53,104 nucleotides of DNA from Pseudolabrys sp. (GTDB lineage Bacteria > Pseudomonadota > Alphaproteobacteria > Rhizobiales > Xanthobacteraceae). Below, in pieces: positions 38,661 through 46,799 of this stretch. The stretch lies in NCBI GenBank assembly GCA_036500165.1, contig DASYCM010000386.1, positions 1 to 53,104 of the forward strand, given 5' to 3'. How positions within the stretch are numbered: the first letter of the stretch is position 1; each line of letters begins with the position of its first letter. The notes beneath the pieces are model-generated. The model had not been told where the DNA came from and did no database searches. It was given only the letters and a program-made list of their open reading frames with translations. The position numbers and the translations under genes are program-made.

Positions 38661-39556
38661 ACGGGACGCCTTGCCGCGTCGAAACGATAGAAGCGCTGCG
38701 AATTGTCAACCAGCAGCGCCTGCCGCTGTACCGGCGACGGCGCAATCTGCGCCAGGCAATCGACCAGTGCACCATCGTCAGGAGTCGGTCCACCGTGATT
38801 GGTGTGCGGCCAGTCCGTCCCCCAGACGACGCGGTTTCCGAACTCTTCGACCAGTCGGCGCGGAAAGGACACAGCGTCGGCATAAGGCGGCCCCTGTCGC
38901 GTCACGCGATCGATGCCACTGACTTTCACCCAGACGTTTTCATCCTGCATCAGCGCGAGCAACGCACCGAACGGCGCTTGATCCAGCCCTAGTGAAGCGT
39001 CGATGCGGCCCATATGATCGATCATCACCGGACATGCGGAACGTTTGAGTGTCGGCGCAACCTCCGCGATCCGGCCCGCATCCATCTGGATCTGCAGATG
39101 CCAGCCTATATCGGCCAGCCGTTTGCCGAACGCGATCACCTCATCGGGCGAGGCCCCGCCTCGCCCCTTCATGAAATGAAATCGCGCACCGCGAATGCCC
39201 GCGGCATCGAGTTGCTTGAGTTCCTGATCGCTAACGTCGACCGGCACCAGCGCAATACCGCGATAAGTGCCGCCGGCCGCAACGACCGCATCCATAACCA
39301 CGGAATTGTCGTAGCCATAACAATTCGGCTGCACGACGACGCCGCGCGCAATCCCTAGCCGGTCATGCAATGCGAAAAGCATCTCTTTCGGCGCGTCGGA
39401 CGGCGTGTAGTCGCGTACCGGCGCAAACGCGAACCGTGAACGCGGACCGAAAATATGAAAGTGCGCGTCGCAACTCCCCGGCGGAAGCTTGAGCGACGGA
39501 ATGCTCGGCTCGGCAAGCCAGCTCGGTGGCGATGCGGGCGCATTGTCGTCTTGCAT
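38657..39556 (-). CDS. LigI-like amidohydrolase (2-pyrone-4,6-dicarboxylate lactonase/sulfomuconolactone hydrolase family)
   Basis: CDAHFHIFGP, VQPNCYGYDN, IDHMGR, WVKVSG and WGTDWPH motifs. The ORF track over-extends the 5' end. Confidence 0.88.
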   Translation of the reverse strand: MQDDNAPASPPSWLAEPSIPSLKLPPGSCDAHFHIFGPRSRFAFAPVRDYTPSDAPKEMLFALHDRLGIARGVVVQPNCYGYDNSVVMDAVVAAGGTYRGIALVPVDVSDQELKQLDAAGIRGARFHFMKGRGGASPDEVIAFGKRLADIGWHLQIQMDAGRIAEVAPTLKRSACPVMIDHMGRIDASLGLDQAPFGALLALMQDENVWVKVSGIDRVTRQGPPYADAVSFPRRLVEEFGNRVVWGTDWPHTNHGGPTPDDGALVDCLAQIAPSPVQRQALLVDNSQRFYRFDAARRPV

Positions 39557-39560
39557 CGTC

Positions 39561-40550
39561 TCACTTCCCCGCAGCAACGGCGGCAATGGAAGCGTGGATG
39601 AGATCGGGAATATCGATGAATCCCTGAGCAAGGCGCTTCTCACGTTCGGCACGGGAGCGGTCAAACGGCATGCGTAAGGCCTCGCCGTCTTCGGTCGGCC
39701 GCGTCGTACGAATGACGTTCGAGTAATCCGCAACCTTCGCCTTGAATTCATCGAGCGAGGTCAGCAGGTCGGGCCGCACGGCCCAAATGAGGAAGCCGAA
39801 CTCACGTAACTCGCCTGGCAGCATTGCCGAACCGGCCAGCATCCCGAGAAGCTGCACGACAATACCGAGGCCGCTGCCGCGGTGGCCGCCCCATGCGGCA
39901 AATGCGCCGGCCATGGCTTCGGCCGGGTTCGTTGTCGGCTTTCCTTCCGTCGTGAAAGCCTGTCCTTCGGCAAGCGAGCGCCCGAGCCGATGGTCCAGCA
40001 TAACGCCAGCGTGGTTGAGCGCCGACGTGCTGATGTCCCATACGACCGGCTTGTCGGCGCTGGGAAAGCCAAAGCAAATCGGGTTGGTGCCGTAGCGGCG
40101 TTCCGTGCCGCCATGAGGCGCCACGCGCGGCGTTCCGTTCGAGGCGACCATCACGACGAGATCGCGCTCGAGCGCGATCTCGGCATAGTAAGACAGCATG
40201 CCGGTGTACCAGGTGTCGGACGCACCGACGATGGCAAGGCCGCTCGTAACGGCCTTTTCGACTGCAATGTCGGTGGCGCGTTGCGCGACAACGAGACCGA
40301 GATGATCGCCGCCGTCGATGCGCGCCGACACCGGTGTTTCCCGGACAATCTCGATCTTGTTTTGGGAATAGCCGCGTTTCTTGATCTGCTCCGAGATGCT
40401 GACGAGACGGCCGAAACCGGCGTAGCCCAGCCCACGCAACTCGGCATCGATCAGATGCCTGGCCGCGGCCTGCGCATCGGCTTTTCCGTGGCCGAGCTGC
40501 ACAAGCGCGGTTTCAGCGAGTTCAGTTGCTTCGGAGAGCGGAAGATGCAC
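39561..40550 (-). CDS. Ldh-2 family oxidoreductase, copy 2
   Basis: Close paralogue of 37665..38660 with long identical blocks, e.g. GAFAAWGGHRGSGLGIVVQLLGMLAGS. Confidence 0.9.
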   Translation of the reverse strand: MHLPLSEATELAETALVQLGHGKADAQAAARHLIDAELRGLGYAGFGRLVSISEQIKKRGYSQNKIEIVRETPVSARIDGGDHLGLVVAQRATDIAVEKAVTSGLAIVGASDTWYTGMLSYYAEIALERDLVVMVASNGTPRVAPHGGTERRYGTNPICFGFPSADKPVVWDISTSALNHAGVMLDHRLGRSLAEGQAFTTEGKPTTNPAEAMAGAFAAWGGHRGSGLGIVVQLLGMLAGSAMLPGELREFGFLIWAVRPDLLTSLDEFKAKVADYSNVIRTTRPTEDGEALRMPFDRSRAEREKRLAQGFIDIPDLIHASIAAVAAGK

Positions 40551-40684
40551 GGGCGCTCCTTAACGTCATGTCAATCGGAGCGCCGAAACAAATCTGACGA
40601 AACGCCGGGAGTCAAATTGCGAAAGACAACTCTCTGCCGGAATGGAGAGAAAAGATGCCGGGACGCCGCCGCAATGGCATGAAT

Positions 40685-41635
40685 TTATTCGGCGGCGATG
40701 GCACTTGAGGTGACGCCGGATCGTATTGCCGCGTCGACCGACGCACGATCCCATTGCGGCGCCAGTCTTTCGATAAAGTCGTGCATGTAGCCGCGTAAAT
40801 AGCCACCCCTGCGCAGCAATACGGCCGGCACAGTCGGCGGAAACAGTTTCGCCACGTCGACAACACCAAGGCCACGATCGTGATTTCGCTCATAGGCGAT
40901 CGACAACAGCACGGCGATGCCGAGACCGAGTTCCACATAGGATTTTACGACTTCGGTATCGAGCGCGCTTAGCACCACGTTCGGCTTCAGCCCTGCCCTG
41001 TCGAACGCGCCGAGCACCGCACGGCCGCCTTCGAGGCTTGTATCCATGATGATGAATGGATATTTCGCCAGCGCCTTCAGCGTTAGATTCTTCTCACGCA
41101 AAACCGGATGCTTGGCCGGCGCGAAAACGCTGCGGTAGAGCGCGGCGCAAGGTAAAAATGCAACCTCATCATGAACTTCATCGGAGTTGCTGCTGACGCC
41201 GATGTCGGCCTCGCCTGAAATCAGCCACTGCGAGATCATTGCGGCGCTGCCCTGCCGCAACACGAGACGTACGTCCGGGTGGCAATGCATGAAGTCTTGA
41301 ATCACGGGGCGCAACACATGACGCGCATAAATGTGCGTGGTTGCAATGACGAGCCGGCCGCCACCCTGCTGCGTGAATTCTTCTCGCACGCGCTGGAGGT
41401 TCTCGGCTTCCCACAAAGTGCGGCGCGCCGCTGCAAACACCGCCTGTCCGGCCGCACTTAGTCCGATGATACGGTTGTTGTGGCGGATCAGCAATTCGAG
41501 ATCCAGATGCGTTTCCAGCAAACGGATTTGCTTGCTTACCGCCGGCTGCGAAATGCCAAGCGATTTCGCGGCGGCGGAAACACTGAAGCCCGCATCGGAG
41601 ACGGCGCAGAATGCCTGCAACTGCTGAAGATTCAT
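40685..41635 (-). CDS. CysB/Cbl-like LysR regulator
   Basis: MNLQQL, SQPAVSKQIRLLE, IATTH..AR..L, DTEVVKSYVELGLGI and YLRGYM.DFI...AP motifs. Confidence 0.9.
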   Translation of the reverse strand: MNLQQLQAFCAVSDAGFSVSAAAKSLGISQPAVSKQIRLLETHLDLELLIRHNNRIIGLSAAGQAVFAAARRTLWEAENLQRVREEFTQQGGGRLVIATTHIYARHVLRPVIQDFMHCHPDVRLVLRQGSAAMISQWLISGEADIGVSSNSDEVHDEVAFLPCAALYRSVFAPAKHPVLREKNLTLKALAKYPFIIMDTSLEGGRAVLGAFDRAGLKPNVVLSALDTEVVKSYVELGLGIAVLLSIAYERNHDRGLGVVDVAKLFPPTVPAVLLRRGGYLRGYMHDFIERLAPQWDRASVDAAIRSGVTSSAIAAE

Positions 41636-41659
41636 GGGTTCCGGCCCAACGCGGGGTAT

Positions 41660-41695
41660 ATTCTATTAGGTTATGACATCATACCGAACGGTTCC
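41660..41695 (+). promoter_or_regulatory. Putative LysR RBS plus ABS in the divergent promoter
   Basis: ATTC-N7-TTAT at 41660-41674 (T-N11-A) and ATAC-N7-TTCC 21 bp downstream, the usual LTTR spacing. Confidence 0.45.
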
Positions 41696-41754
41696 GAGCT
41701 TGCATAGGGTTGCCGCCGCTCTACGGTGCGCACCCTCGCAGTTGGAACCCGGCA

Positions 41755-42315
41755 ATGAGCGACGACATCAGACCTATCCGGCGCATCGTGACCGGCAATG
41801 ACGCCCAAGGGCGCTCTTGTGTTCTGTTCGACAGCGCCGCCCCCAATGTCCGCGTTAGCCCTTATCAGAAGGGCACCAGCATGACCGACATCTGGGTGTT
41901 CGATCGCTGCCCGGCCGATATTTCCGGATCTCGCGACGACGGTAATTTGCCGTTCAACTTCGAGCCGCCCGCCAACGGCGGACATTTGCGTGTCGTGCAA
42001 TCGGCGCCCAAGCCGAAGGATTACGACGCAGCGACCGACCGCTTCATCACGGCAAAACATCAGCCCGAAAAGAAGCCGGGCGGAAAGTGGGAACGCGGCG
42101 GACAGAGCCTGTACACGACGCGCATCCATAAATCCGAGGCGCTCGACTACGGCATCATGCTGTCGGGCGAGCGCGTACTCGTCACAGACGATGGCGAACG
42201 TCCGCTGGGTGTTGGCGCGATCGTCGTTCAGGTTGGCAGTTGGCATGCCTGGAGCAACCCGAACAAATCCAGCGAGATGGCATTCGTGATGTCCGGCGCA
42301 CGGTTCGAGGATTGA
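41755..42315 (+). CDS. Cupin-domain protein
   Basis: IRRIVTGNDAQGRS, IHKSEALDYGIMLSGE and WHAWSN motifs. Confidence 0.85.
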   Translation: MSDDIRPIRRIVTGNDAQGRSCVLFDSAAPNVRVSPYQKGTSMTDIWVFDRCPADISGSRDDGNLPFNFEPPANGGHLRVVQSAPKPKDYDAATDRFITAKHQPEKKPGGKWERGGQSLYTTRIHKSEALDYGIMLSGERVLVTDDGERPLGVGAIVVQVGSWHAWSNPNKSSEMAFVMSGARFED

Positions 42316-42321
42316 TCGACG

Positions 42322-42858
42322 ATGCACGAACCGGAATTGACTATTCGCCGCCTGGTCGTCGTCGATGAGGGCGACTCCTCGCGTGTGATCTCCGACGGCG
42401 CTAGTCCCGACATCCGCGTCGATCCCGCCCGGCCCGGCTATTCTTTCGCGCGCATCTGGGTCAACGACCGGACTCCCGCCCGTATTACAGGTGTTCTCGA
42501 AACACTGGATACTGCCGACGTCCTTTTGCCGCCGCGGGGCGGTTCCGTATGCAACGTCGTGACGTTTCCACCCGATGCCAGTTATGGCGACGTCAGCGCC
42601 GAGCAGGTGCAGAATTTTTTTGCCTCCGTGGAAGCGCTTGACGCATACGCGCCGGGCGGCCCCCACCCTTACATGCAGAAAAGCCGGACACTCGATTTCT
42701 GCCTGGTACTCGAAGGCGAGATCACCTTGATTCTCGATATGCAGGAAGTCGCGCTCAAAGCGGGCGATACTGTCGTGCAGCGCGGCACGCGGCATGCCTG
42801 GAGCAACCGATCGACGCGACCTTGTGTCATGGCTTTCTCTTCACACGATGCTGTATGA
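42322..42858 (+). CDS. Cupin-domain protein (paralogue; first His replaced by Gln)
   Basis: IRRLVV, MQKSRTLDFCLVLEGE and GDTVVQRGTRHAWSN motifs. Confidence 0.85.
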   Translation: MHEPELTIRRLVVVDEGDSSRVISDGASPDIRVDPARPGYSFARIWVNDRTPARITGVLETLDTADVLLPPRGGSVCNVVTFPPDASYGDVSAEQVQNFFASVEALDAYAPGGPHPYMQKSRTLDFCLVLEGEITLILDMQEVALKAGDTVVQRGTRHAWSNRSTRPCVMAFSSHDAV

Positions 42859-42929
42859 GAGGTGCTGCGGCGCAGCCTCCTGCGGCAAGTCTTCTTAGCT
42901 CTACCGGCGAAAATTGAGGGACATCATCA

Positions 42930-44252
42930 ATGGTTCAAATCCCGTCGACGCTTAATGCAGACCGCATCCTGCGGGAACTGAAGTTTGAAAAGAACGACCG
43001 CTGGGCAGTGCCCGCGCTCAATCGTTCGCCCGATGTCGATCCTGTCGTGACAGCGCAAAAGGTGATCCTCAAGGACGATACGTTCCGTGAGTCCACCAAC
43101 ATGCCCGGCGCGTCGCCGAGCAACGCGCGCAAGCTGGAATTAGCGAAGAAGCTCGCCGCCGCGGGCGTCACGGAAATCGTCGGCGGCCATGCCGGCATGA
43201 AAGAACAATGCGACTTCATGCGCATGGTGAAGGACAGCGGGATCGGCATGGAGGTCCACTCCTACGTCGATTTCGGCGACTGGAAGCGCGGCATTCAGAA
43301 TTCGATCGACGCCAACGTGGACTGGATCTGGATGCCCGGCGCGCTCAACCCGAGCCCGGTATTCGCCGGCAAGCTCGGTCCGCAATTCGGCTACTGGAGC
43401 AAGGATTTCGACCTCAATCAGGTGATGGACAATGTCCGCGCCGCGGTCGATTTCGCCAAGGAAAACGGCAAGAAGATCACGGTTGCGCGCGCGCCGATGG
43501 TGCCGGAAATATTCGAAAAAGCGCTGCGCGCCTACGTCGAGTCCGGCGCCGACCGCATCTGCATGTTCGACGACCGCGGCAACTGCACGCCGCAAACCAT
43601 CAGCTACGTGGTGAAGAAGCACCGCGAGGTCGTCGGCGACGCCGTGCAGCTCGAAATTCACTGCCACAACGACTTCGGCCTCGGTCTTGCCAACACCATC
43701 GAAGCGGTGCGCGCCGGCGCCGACGTCGTCGACTGCGTCATCAACGGTTACAGCCATCGCTCCGGCAATTGCGCGCTCGAACAGATCGCGACCGCGCTCG
43801 AGGTTCTCTACGAAGTACCGACCGGCATCGATCTTTCGAAGATGACCGAGGTTTGCCAGTTCGCCGCCGAGGTCTATGGCCAGCCGATCTACCCGCAGGC
43901 GCCGCACGTTGGAGCGTGGGCCTATTCCTACGGTGGCGTACACATCAGCGCGCTGTTGAAGGAAGGCTGGTTCGTCTGGGAGGGCATGCAGGCCGAAACG
44001 ATCGGCCAGCATCGTCACATTGCCTGGACACCGACTTCGCTAGAACGCCACGGCATGGCGGGCCCCGTCGCGATCAAAATCCGTCACATGGGCTATGACT
44101 TCGACGAACCGCAGCTCCACCAGGTGTTCGACAAGTTGCGGCAGGCGATGGGCACGAAGAAGTTCGCCACGGACGAAGAGTTCGAGACCGTCGTGCACGG
44201 CATGTTCGGCAAACAAGGCGCCGTGGCGGGGAGTCAAAGTGTTGGCCGGTAG
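42930..44252 (+). CDS. DRE-TIM metallolyase (LeuA/homocitrate/citramalate synthase-like), divergent, no regulatory domain
   Basis: DDTFRES, KLELAKKLAAAGV, IHCHNDFGLGLANT, NGYSHRSGNCALE and GIDLSKM motifs. Confidence 0.85.
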   Translation: MVQIPSTLNADRILRELKFEKNDRWAVPALNRSPDVDPVVTAQKVILKDDTFRESTNMPGASPSNARKLELAKKLAAAGVTEIVGGHAGMKEQCDFMRMVKDSGIGMEVHSYVDFGDWKRGIQNSIDANVDWIWMPGALNPSPVFAGKLGPQFGYWSKDFDLNQVMDNVRAAVDFAKENGKKITVARAPMVPEIFEKALRAYVESGADRICMFDDRGNCTPQTISYVVKKHREVVGDAVQLEIHCHNDFGLGLANTIEAVRAGADVVDCVINGYSHRSGNCALEQIATALEVLYEVPTGIDLSKMTEVCQFAAEVYGQPIYPQAPHVGAWAYSYGGVHISALLKEGWFVWEGMQAETIGQHRHIAWTPTSLERHGMAGPVAIKIRHMGYDFDEPQLHQVFDKLRQAMGTKKFATDEEFETVVHGMFGKQGAVAGSQSVGR

Positions 44253-45009
44253 CGCTATTTACCCCGACCTGAAGGGCAAGGTAGTGGTCGTCACGGGCGG
44301 CACGGATGGCATCGGCCGCGCTGCCGCCATCATGTTCGCTAAGCAAGGCTCGAACGTGTTTATCGCCGGCACCAGCGACAAGAAAGGTGCCGAAGTCGAG
44401 CAGCAGGTCGCCAAGGACGGCGGCCGCTGCACCTTTGTCAAAACCGACGTCACCGACGTGGAAGCCGTCGCGGCTTTGGCGGCGAAGGTAAAGGAAGCAG
44501 GCTCTCTCGGCGTCATCATCAATGTCGCCGGCGGTTTCCCGACCTATACGAAAGCCACGACAATCGAGACCTCGCCGGAAGACTGGGACCGCGGCGTGCG
44601 CCTGAACCTCTACAGCGTGTTCTATTGCTGCCGTGCGCTGGTCCCGCTGATGGACAAGGGTGGCTCCGTCATCAACATCACGTCGAACGCGGCCCGCAAG
44701 GCAGAAACGCATGCGCCTCGCTACTATTCGACGTCGAAGGCGGCCGTTCAGCATCTGACCAAGGTGCTGGCATTCGAATTGGCGCCCGCCATTCGCGTCA
44801 ATTCGGTCGCGCCCGGCACGACATTGTCCGGCCGTATCAAACGGACGGCGACGCCGGAGCGCATCGAAAACCTCGTCAAGCAGGTTCCGCGGCGCAAGTT
44901 GGCAGAGCCGGAAGAGATCGCGTCGGCGATCCTGTTCCTCGCCAGTGAGGAAGCCGCACACATTACCGGCATTACTATGGACGTCAGTGGAGGACAGGTG
45001 ATGCTGTAG
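44239..45009 (+). CDS. Classical SDR oxidoreductase
   Basis: GTG start with GGGGAG RBS; TGGTDGIG, NVAGG, YSTSK and IRVNSVAPG motifs. Confidence 0.93.
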   Translation: MLAGSAIYPDLKGKVVVVTGGTDGIGRAAAIMFAKQGSNVFIAGTSDKKGAEVEQQVAKDGGRCTFVKTDVTDVEAVAALAAKVKEAGSLGVIINVAGGFPTYTKATTIETSPEDWDRGVRLNLYSVFYCCRALVPLMDKGGSVINITSNAARKAETHAPRYYSTSKAAVQHLTKVLAFELAPAIRVNSVAPGTTLSGRIKRTATPERIENLVKQVPRRKLAEPEEIASAILFLASEEAAHITGITMDVSGGQVML

Positions 45010-45052
45010 CCGAAAGGCTGCACGTTACCCATAAACAATAAAGAGTATCGCC

Positions 45053-46024
45053 ATGAAACTTGTACGCCGCAAATTCCTCGAACTCGCAGCCGGCGCCGCG
45101 ATGTTGCCCGCCCTGCCCTCGATCGTTCGTGCGCAGGAATTTCCTTCGCGCCCAGTGCGCGTGACGGTTTGCTTCCCGCCGGGATTTGCCGCCGACACCA
45201 TTGCGCGCCTGATTTGCATGAATCTTTCGGAGAAGCTGGGGCAGCAATTCGTCGTCGACAATCGCCCCGGCGCCGGCGGCGATATCGGCGTCGAGGCCGT
45301 CGTGCGTTCGCCCGCCGATGGCTATTCGCTGCTGCTGACGACGTCGGGCAATTCGATCAGCGCCAGCATGGACGACAACCCGCGTTTCAACTTCGTCCGC
45401 GACATTGTCCCGGTCGGCATGATCGGCACGTCGGCGTACATTTTGATGGCTCATCCGGCGGTGCCGGCAAAGACCCTGCCTGAGTTCATCGCCTACGCGA
45501 AAGCAAATCCGGGCAAGATCAATATGGCGTCGCCCGGTGTCGCGAGCGGGCCGCATATCGTCGGCGAATTGTTCAAGATGACAGCCGGCATCGACCTCGT
45601 TCACGTGCCGTATCGCGCCAGCTTATTCCCGGATCTGCTCGGCGGGCAGGTGCAAGTGTCGTTCGGACCGATTGCGCAAGGTCTGGATTTTGTCCGTGAA
45701 GGCAAACTGCGGGGGCTTGGCGTCACCACGACAACGCGCCTCAACGTTCTGCCGGATGTCCCTGCCATCGCCGAAGTGCTGCCGGGTTACGAGGCGGTCG
45801 CCTGGTTCGGCATCGGCGCGCCGAAAAATACGCCGCCGGAGATCATCGCCAAACTCAATAGCGCGCTCAACGCCGCTATTGCGGATCCCACCATCAAGAC
45901 CCGACTGGCGGCTATCGGCACCGATCCGAAACCGACGACGCCTGCCGAGTTCGACAAGTTCATCTCCAGAGAAGTCGAAAAATGGGTGAAGGTGGTCAAA
46001 TTCGCATCGATCAAGCGCACCTAG
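45053..46024 (+). CDS. TctC/Bug family TTT substrate-binding protein (Tat signal)
   Basis: VRRKFL signal; FPSRPVRVTVCFPPGFAAD and HVPYR motifs. Confidence 0.94.
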   Translation: MKLVRRKFLELAAGAAMLPALPSIVRAQEFPSRPVRVTVCFPPGFAADTIARLICMNLSEKLGQQFVVDNRPGAGGDIGVEAVVRSPADGYSLLLTTSGNSISASMDDNPRFNFVRDIVPVGMIGTSAYILMAHPAVPAKTLPEFIAYAKANPGKINMASPGVASGPHIVGELFKMTAGIDLVHVPYRASLFPDLLGGQVQVSFGPIAQGLDFVREGKLRGLGVTTTTRLNVLPDVPAIAEVLPGYEAVAWFGIGAPKNTPPEIIAKLNSALNAAIADPTIKTRLAAIGTDPKPTTPAEFDKFISREVEKWVKVVKFASIKRT

Positions 46025-46046
46025 TCCCATAGTAGCGAGCTTTTTT

Positions 46047-46799
46047 ATGCCTGTTGTTCCTATCGACGGCGGAGAAATCTATTACGAGGAGTTCGGCTCG
46101 GGTTTTCCGGTGCTGTGCTTCTCGCCAGGTTCACTGCGCTCGCAGATTTCGTTCTGGCGCACTTTGCCGCGCAGCCCTGAAAAGACACCGCCGTGGATGG
46201 ATCCGACGACCTCGCTGGCGCCGGACTTTCACATCATCGCGATGGATCAGCGTAATGCGGGCAAGTCGCGCGGGCCGATCACGGCGAACGACAGCTGGGA
46301 CATGTACGCCCGCGACCAAATCGCGGTGCTCGACCATCTGGGTATCAAGAAGTGCCACGTGCTGGGCGCCTGCATCGGTGCGACGTTTGCGCTGAAACTG
46401 TGCGAGGTGGCGCCGGAACGCATTGCCTCGGTGGTGCTCATGCAGCCGATCGGGCGCGTGCCTGAGAATATCGAATATACGCGCAAGGAAGTAACGGAGA
46501 GCTGGGTTCCAGGCCTGCTCAAGGTCAATCCGGCGCTCGATCCGGACGAAACGCAGCGCTTCGGCTTACGATTGCTGAGCAGCGACTTCGTGCATGCGGT
46601 CAGCCGCGAGTTCGTCGCCGGCTGTCAAACGCCGATGCTCGTCATGCCCGGTCACGAAACCGCGCATCCGCAGGCGGTCGCCGAGGAAATCCTGCGTCTC
46701 GCGCCGCGCGCGGAGTACGTGAAATTCTGGCGGGGCGAAGGGCGAGACTATTCAGTCCCTGTTATCCGCGACTTCCTGAAACGCCATCACGCCAACTGA
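46047..46799 (+). CDS. Alpha/beta hydrolase with G-A-C-I-G elbow (copy 2)
   Basis: Gap-free paralogue of 22316..23068; about 73% identical by manual count. Confidence 0.88.
   Translation: MPVVPIDGGEIYYEEFGSGFPVLCFSPGSLRSQISFWRTLPRSPEKTPPWMDPTTSLAPDFHIIAMDQRNAGKSRGPITANDSWDMYARDQIAVLDHLGIKKCHVLGACIGATFALKLCEVAPERIASVVLMQPIGRVPENIEYTRKEVTESWVPGLLKVNPALDPDETQRFGLRLLSSDFVHAVSREFVAGCQTPMLVMPGHETAHPQAVAEEILRLAPRAEYVKFWRGEGRDYSVPVIRDFLKRHHAN

Noticed and set aside
40685-41635. The global regulator cysB itself
   Set aside because: It is CysB-like but divergent (TTHIYARH rather than TTHTQARY) and not next to cys genes, so no symbol was assigned.
34225-44252. Phosphonate biosynthetic cluster (PEP mutase plus FrbC/PmmS-like synthase)
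   Set aside because: Neither ICL/PEPM protein has the PEP-mutase EDK-x5-NS motif (they read EDQIHPKKCGH and EDQIYPKRAHY), and the surrounding genes are uptake-oriented.
42930-44252. Housekeeping leuA, nifV or cimA
   Set aside because: Key motifs are altered, there is no regulatory domain, and no leuBCD or nif genes are nearby.
46787-46799. Convergent 13-bp 3' overlap as an antisense regulatory system
   Set aside because: Short tail-to-tail overlaps are common in compact genomes and nothing further supports a function.
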